DNA of 64,000 bases from Porphyridium purpureum (taxonomy: Eukaryota): the NCBI GenBank assembly GCA_008690995.1, contig VRMN01000006.1, positions 372,001 to 436,000 on the forward strand, written 5' to 3'. A model generated the notes under the pieces. That model saw only the letters and a list, made by a program, of their open reading frames with translations, made no database searches and was not told the origin of the DNA. Both the position numbers and the translations under genes were made by a program. Shown here in pieces: positions 61,330-64,000 of the stretch (positions within the stretch are counted from its first letter, which is position 1; every line of letters begins with the position of its first letter).

Positions 61330-63030
61330 CACGCGGTACCGGTGAATCCCATGGGCGGCCTAAATTCTACCCATACTTCAGCTAGGACATCACAGACTCG
61401 TTTGCGCTGCTCGGACTCAACATGTTCCAGCTCGATGGCCGCGGCATTGCGTAGGATTTCTTTTTTCTCTGCATCGTGTTTCTGCATAAGCTTGGCAATT
61501 CGACGATCAATCTCGCCCGTTTCTTCGAGGTGGCCGAAGTGTTCTGGGCCCGAGAGTTCGTTCGCTTGCTCAAAGAATGTGAACTTCCACGCTTAAAAAC
61601 ACCGCTTGGCCTGACACCACGGCCGCTACTTCTCGGACTTGGAAGTCCCAGCCTATCAGGATCTCTGTCTTGAATTCTTCCGCCACTCGGACCTTTTCCC
61701 ACGAAGACCCAAAAGATTCGTGGTGGAGATCCAATAGCCCAACGCAGACTCTGCCCAAGGAGGCACCGTTTGACCCTCGCACTCTCCAACTTAATGGCTG
61801 CGTTTTCAAGCCCAGCCGATGAGCCATGCTCGGATTTACCCATGTTCAGCGTGCACCCGTATCCAGAACTGCCAGTGCAAGGACTGACTGGCCACATGCG
61901 GCGAGCTTCAGTCGCAACGTCAGACTTTTGTCCGCACGCATGGCCAATTCTGATTCTCGGTCTTCTTCCTGGACGTACGAATCATTTTGCACCTCTGCCT
62001 CACGTGGACTGCGGCCAAACTTCCACAAGTCCGCGCACGAGGCAGCTACTGCTTGCTGCGTCACCACCCGTTTTCCGGTCCGTGGCTCAGCCTTGGCCCG
62101 TGGGACGATGCAGCGTCATATTTGCCCTTGGCCATCCGTTGCACGAATCCCTTTCCAGGTGACCAAGTTTGTCGCACTACCAACACAACGGCTGTCTGTG
62201 CAAAGTAGTCGGGAGGGCTGGGCGCTTGGCCTCTAGCTCAAAGCTCTCAACTTCGTACACATGCTCTGCGCATAAGCCACAGTCACGACCCTACTTCTGG
62301 ACCATCACGCCAGGGACCTCGCCGATACGACGCACTCTCTCGCAGCCAAGGGGGCGATGCTGTCTGGGCGAAGGAAGCGAGCGACTCGGTAAGCCTTCCA
62401 GCCCATCCTCACCGACGTGGTCTACCAAAGCTGAGCGCAGCTTGGCAAAGGAGACGCTCGCAACAATCATACGGACTGTCTTTTTTAAGAACATTGTCCA
62501 TAGCTTCGATCAATACTTCCTTCATGTCTTCGTCGTCTATCTGCAGCACGTCGGCTTTGGCCTCCCGGTTATTCAGGAAGACAGTCAGGCTGGCCTTTCT
62601 CGTTCGGAACTTTGTGCGGTGGAGCTCGATCTCTAAAGATTGACGGTGCTCGACGTTGAGAAACATGGACTCCAACGCCTTCCACACACGGTCTTTGCTG
62701 CCCCTGGCCTTTGTCCATCAACATCCTTGATCACGGCTTGGTACCTGGGCATCTATTGTCCACCAAATATGCGCTGCTGTTCTCTGCGACGTTATCCCTT
62801 GCCCAGCAAAGGGTGCAAGCGTTTGATTCCCAGACGGTCCGTGACGCGAGAGTATAAGCATTATCCGATGCCTTCATTAGAACTGTAAGACTGCGAACCA
62901 CCTCGCAAAAGGTTGCCTCTAGTTTGAACTCCCAGAAAGACTTGTCCATTGCACGTCCGGAGCTTTCCGCCAAAAGGCGCCTGTGCGCTTGAGCCGCCAC
63001 TTCAACAACACGAGCGCAAGGGCCTACCAC
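61330..63030 (-). mobile_element. Decayed Ty3/Gypsy-type LTR retrotransposon gag-protease remnant (boundaries approximate)
   Basis: Gag-like WKALESMF segment (62409-62687); broken zinc knuckle CW*CDKLGHLERDSC (62185-62141); aspartic protease VLDTGA (61869-61852) and ILIGWDF; internal stops and frameshifts; no RT recognised. Confidence 0.8.
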
Positions 63031-64000
63031 TTCGGCTCCGCCTCGTGCAGCTGGGTCCCCAAGCGGGACATCCTACTCTGCGTCGGCTGCTGACCCCAGG
63101 TGAGCTGGCACGCCCATTTTCTGACGCTGGCCATCGGCAAGATCTCTTAGGCCCCGGTCCCCTCGCCGGCAGCAGTCTCTAGCTCGACTGTATTCTTCAG
63201 TGAACACCAACCAAACGCCAACCCAACACGTTCTCCGGGGGTCCCTTGCCCCGAAGCCACACACCAAAGACACAACCAAAGACATCTCTTCTTCTTCTCT
63301 CTTATTTTTCTTTCCCCTCCCACTTGGCCGCACCGCCATCCGACGGTGGGCCTGGTATACTAGTCTAAAAGACTAAGGTAACCAACTCCTCAGTTATTAC
63401 GAGGGAATTGTACCGTACTGTGCAGTTCCATTAGAAAAGTCCTTTTAATTAACTGGTGGAATGAAGGGAGGGGACATGGTAGAACAGATCTACGCTTGCC
63501 TCGTCAACCAAGGATCCGCTTCGTGGCTCGTATTTCAATATTATTCACTCATCCTATGCGCCCGAATGCGTTGTCCTCTCGCCCGAATCGTAGCCGAACG
63601 ACCCAAACACAAGAGACGACAAGACGAAGACGCAAGAAACCAGATGGTGCGAGAGGGAAAAATCCCGTGTCTAGCGAGACTACATCTTATTCTTCCCGTT
63701 GGCCGCCACAGGACCGGTCTCGACAGGGGGCAGAGTGATGTAACCCTTATTCAGGGCCAGCTGTCATACCCCCAGACGCACTATCCGGCAGTGGTCTGGT
63801 ACACAAGCTCTGCAAATCCCGCCACGCTTTCGAACGACCGCTCTCGTCTCTTCTTGCTTTTTATTCTTCCCTTACCTCTGCTTTGCTATCTTGAAAAACC
63901 AAAGTACCTGGCGATCTACCCCTGCTTTTATAGCCAGAGTCGGCTCGAGGAGAACATCTCCCGGGAAAAACGAGAGGAGAAAAACCTCCGCCGACTCGCG

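Noticed and set aside
63326..63338. TGGCGGTGCGGCC (minus strand) as a retrotransposon primer-binding site
   Set aside because: I cannot match it to a tRNA 3' end and no adjacent LTR terminus is evident.
1..64000. tRNA, rRNA or snRNA genes
   Set aside because: None recognised by eye; a covariance-model scan would be needed to exclude them.

Overview
Gene-dense, intron-poor, GC-rich eukaryotic nuclear DNA, most likely from a unicellular red alga (Porphyridium-like). This is inferred from a nuclear CpcE-type bilin lyase with a transit peptide, M-x(0-2)-F-V transit-peptide starts and a starch branching enzyme without a transit peptide. Bases 1-56.5 kb hold about 30 tightly packed protein genes, including a C2 protein, ELP5, Mon1-like, RPL31, a degenerate IPMDH, two glycosyltransferases, NSF, CRAL-TRIO, SVIP-like, importin-beta, prephenate dehydratase, a 3-exon TRAPPC2L, a J-domain-CpcE fusion, MCM7, a PHD+CW protein, GBE1, bestrophin-like, two WD40 proteins, ASNSD1, VKOR, MetAP1, cystathionine gamma-lyase and a hemerythrin-like repeat protein. 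The last ~7.5 kb is gene-poor and contains a decayed Ty3/Gypsy gag-protease remnant. The most interesting observations are (1) a plastid-targeted Hsp40 J-domain fused to a phycobilin lyase CpcE, (2) a probable IPMDH pseudo-enzyme with a C-terminal Cys pair, (3) a tandem array of L-x-R-x-x-S kinase-like sites on a metal-ligand-degenerate hemerythrin-like domain, and (4) very short intergenic gaps (4-71 nt) suggesting bidirectional micro-promoters and possibly bicistronic mRNAs. All family calls are by motif recognition only; no database searches were run, so novelty is unverified.
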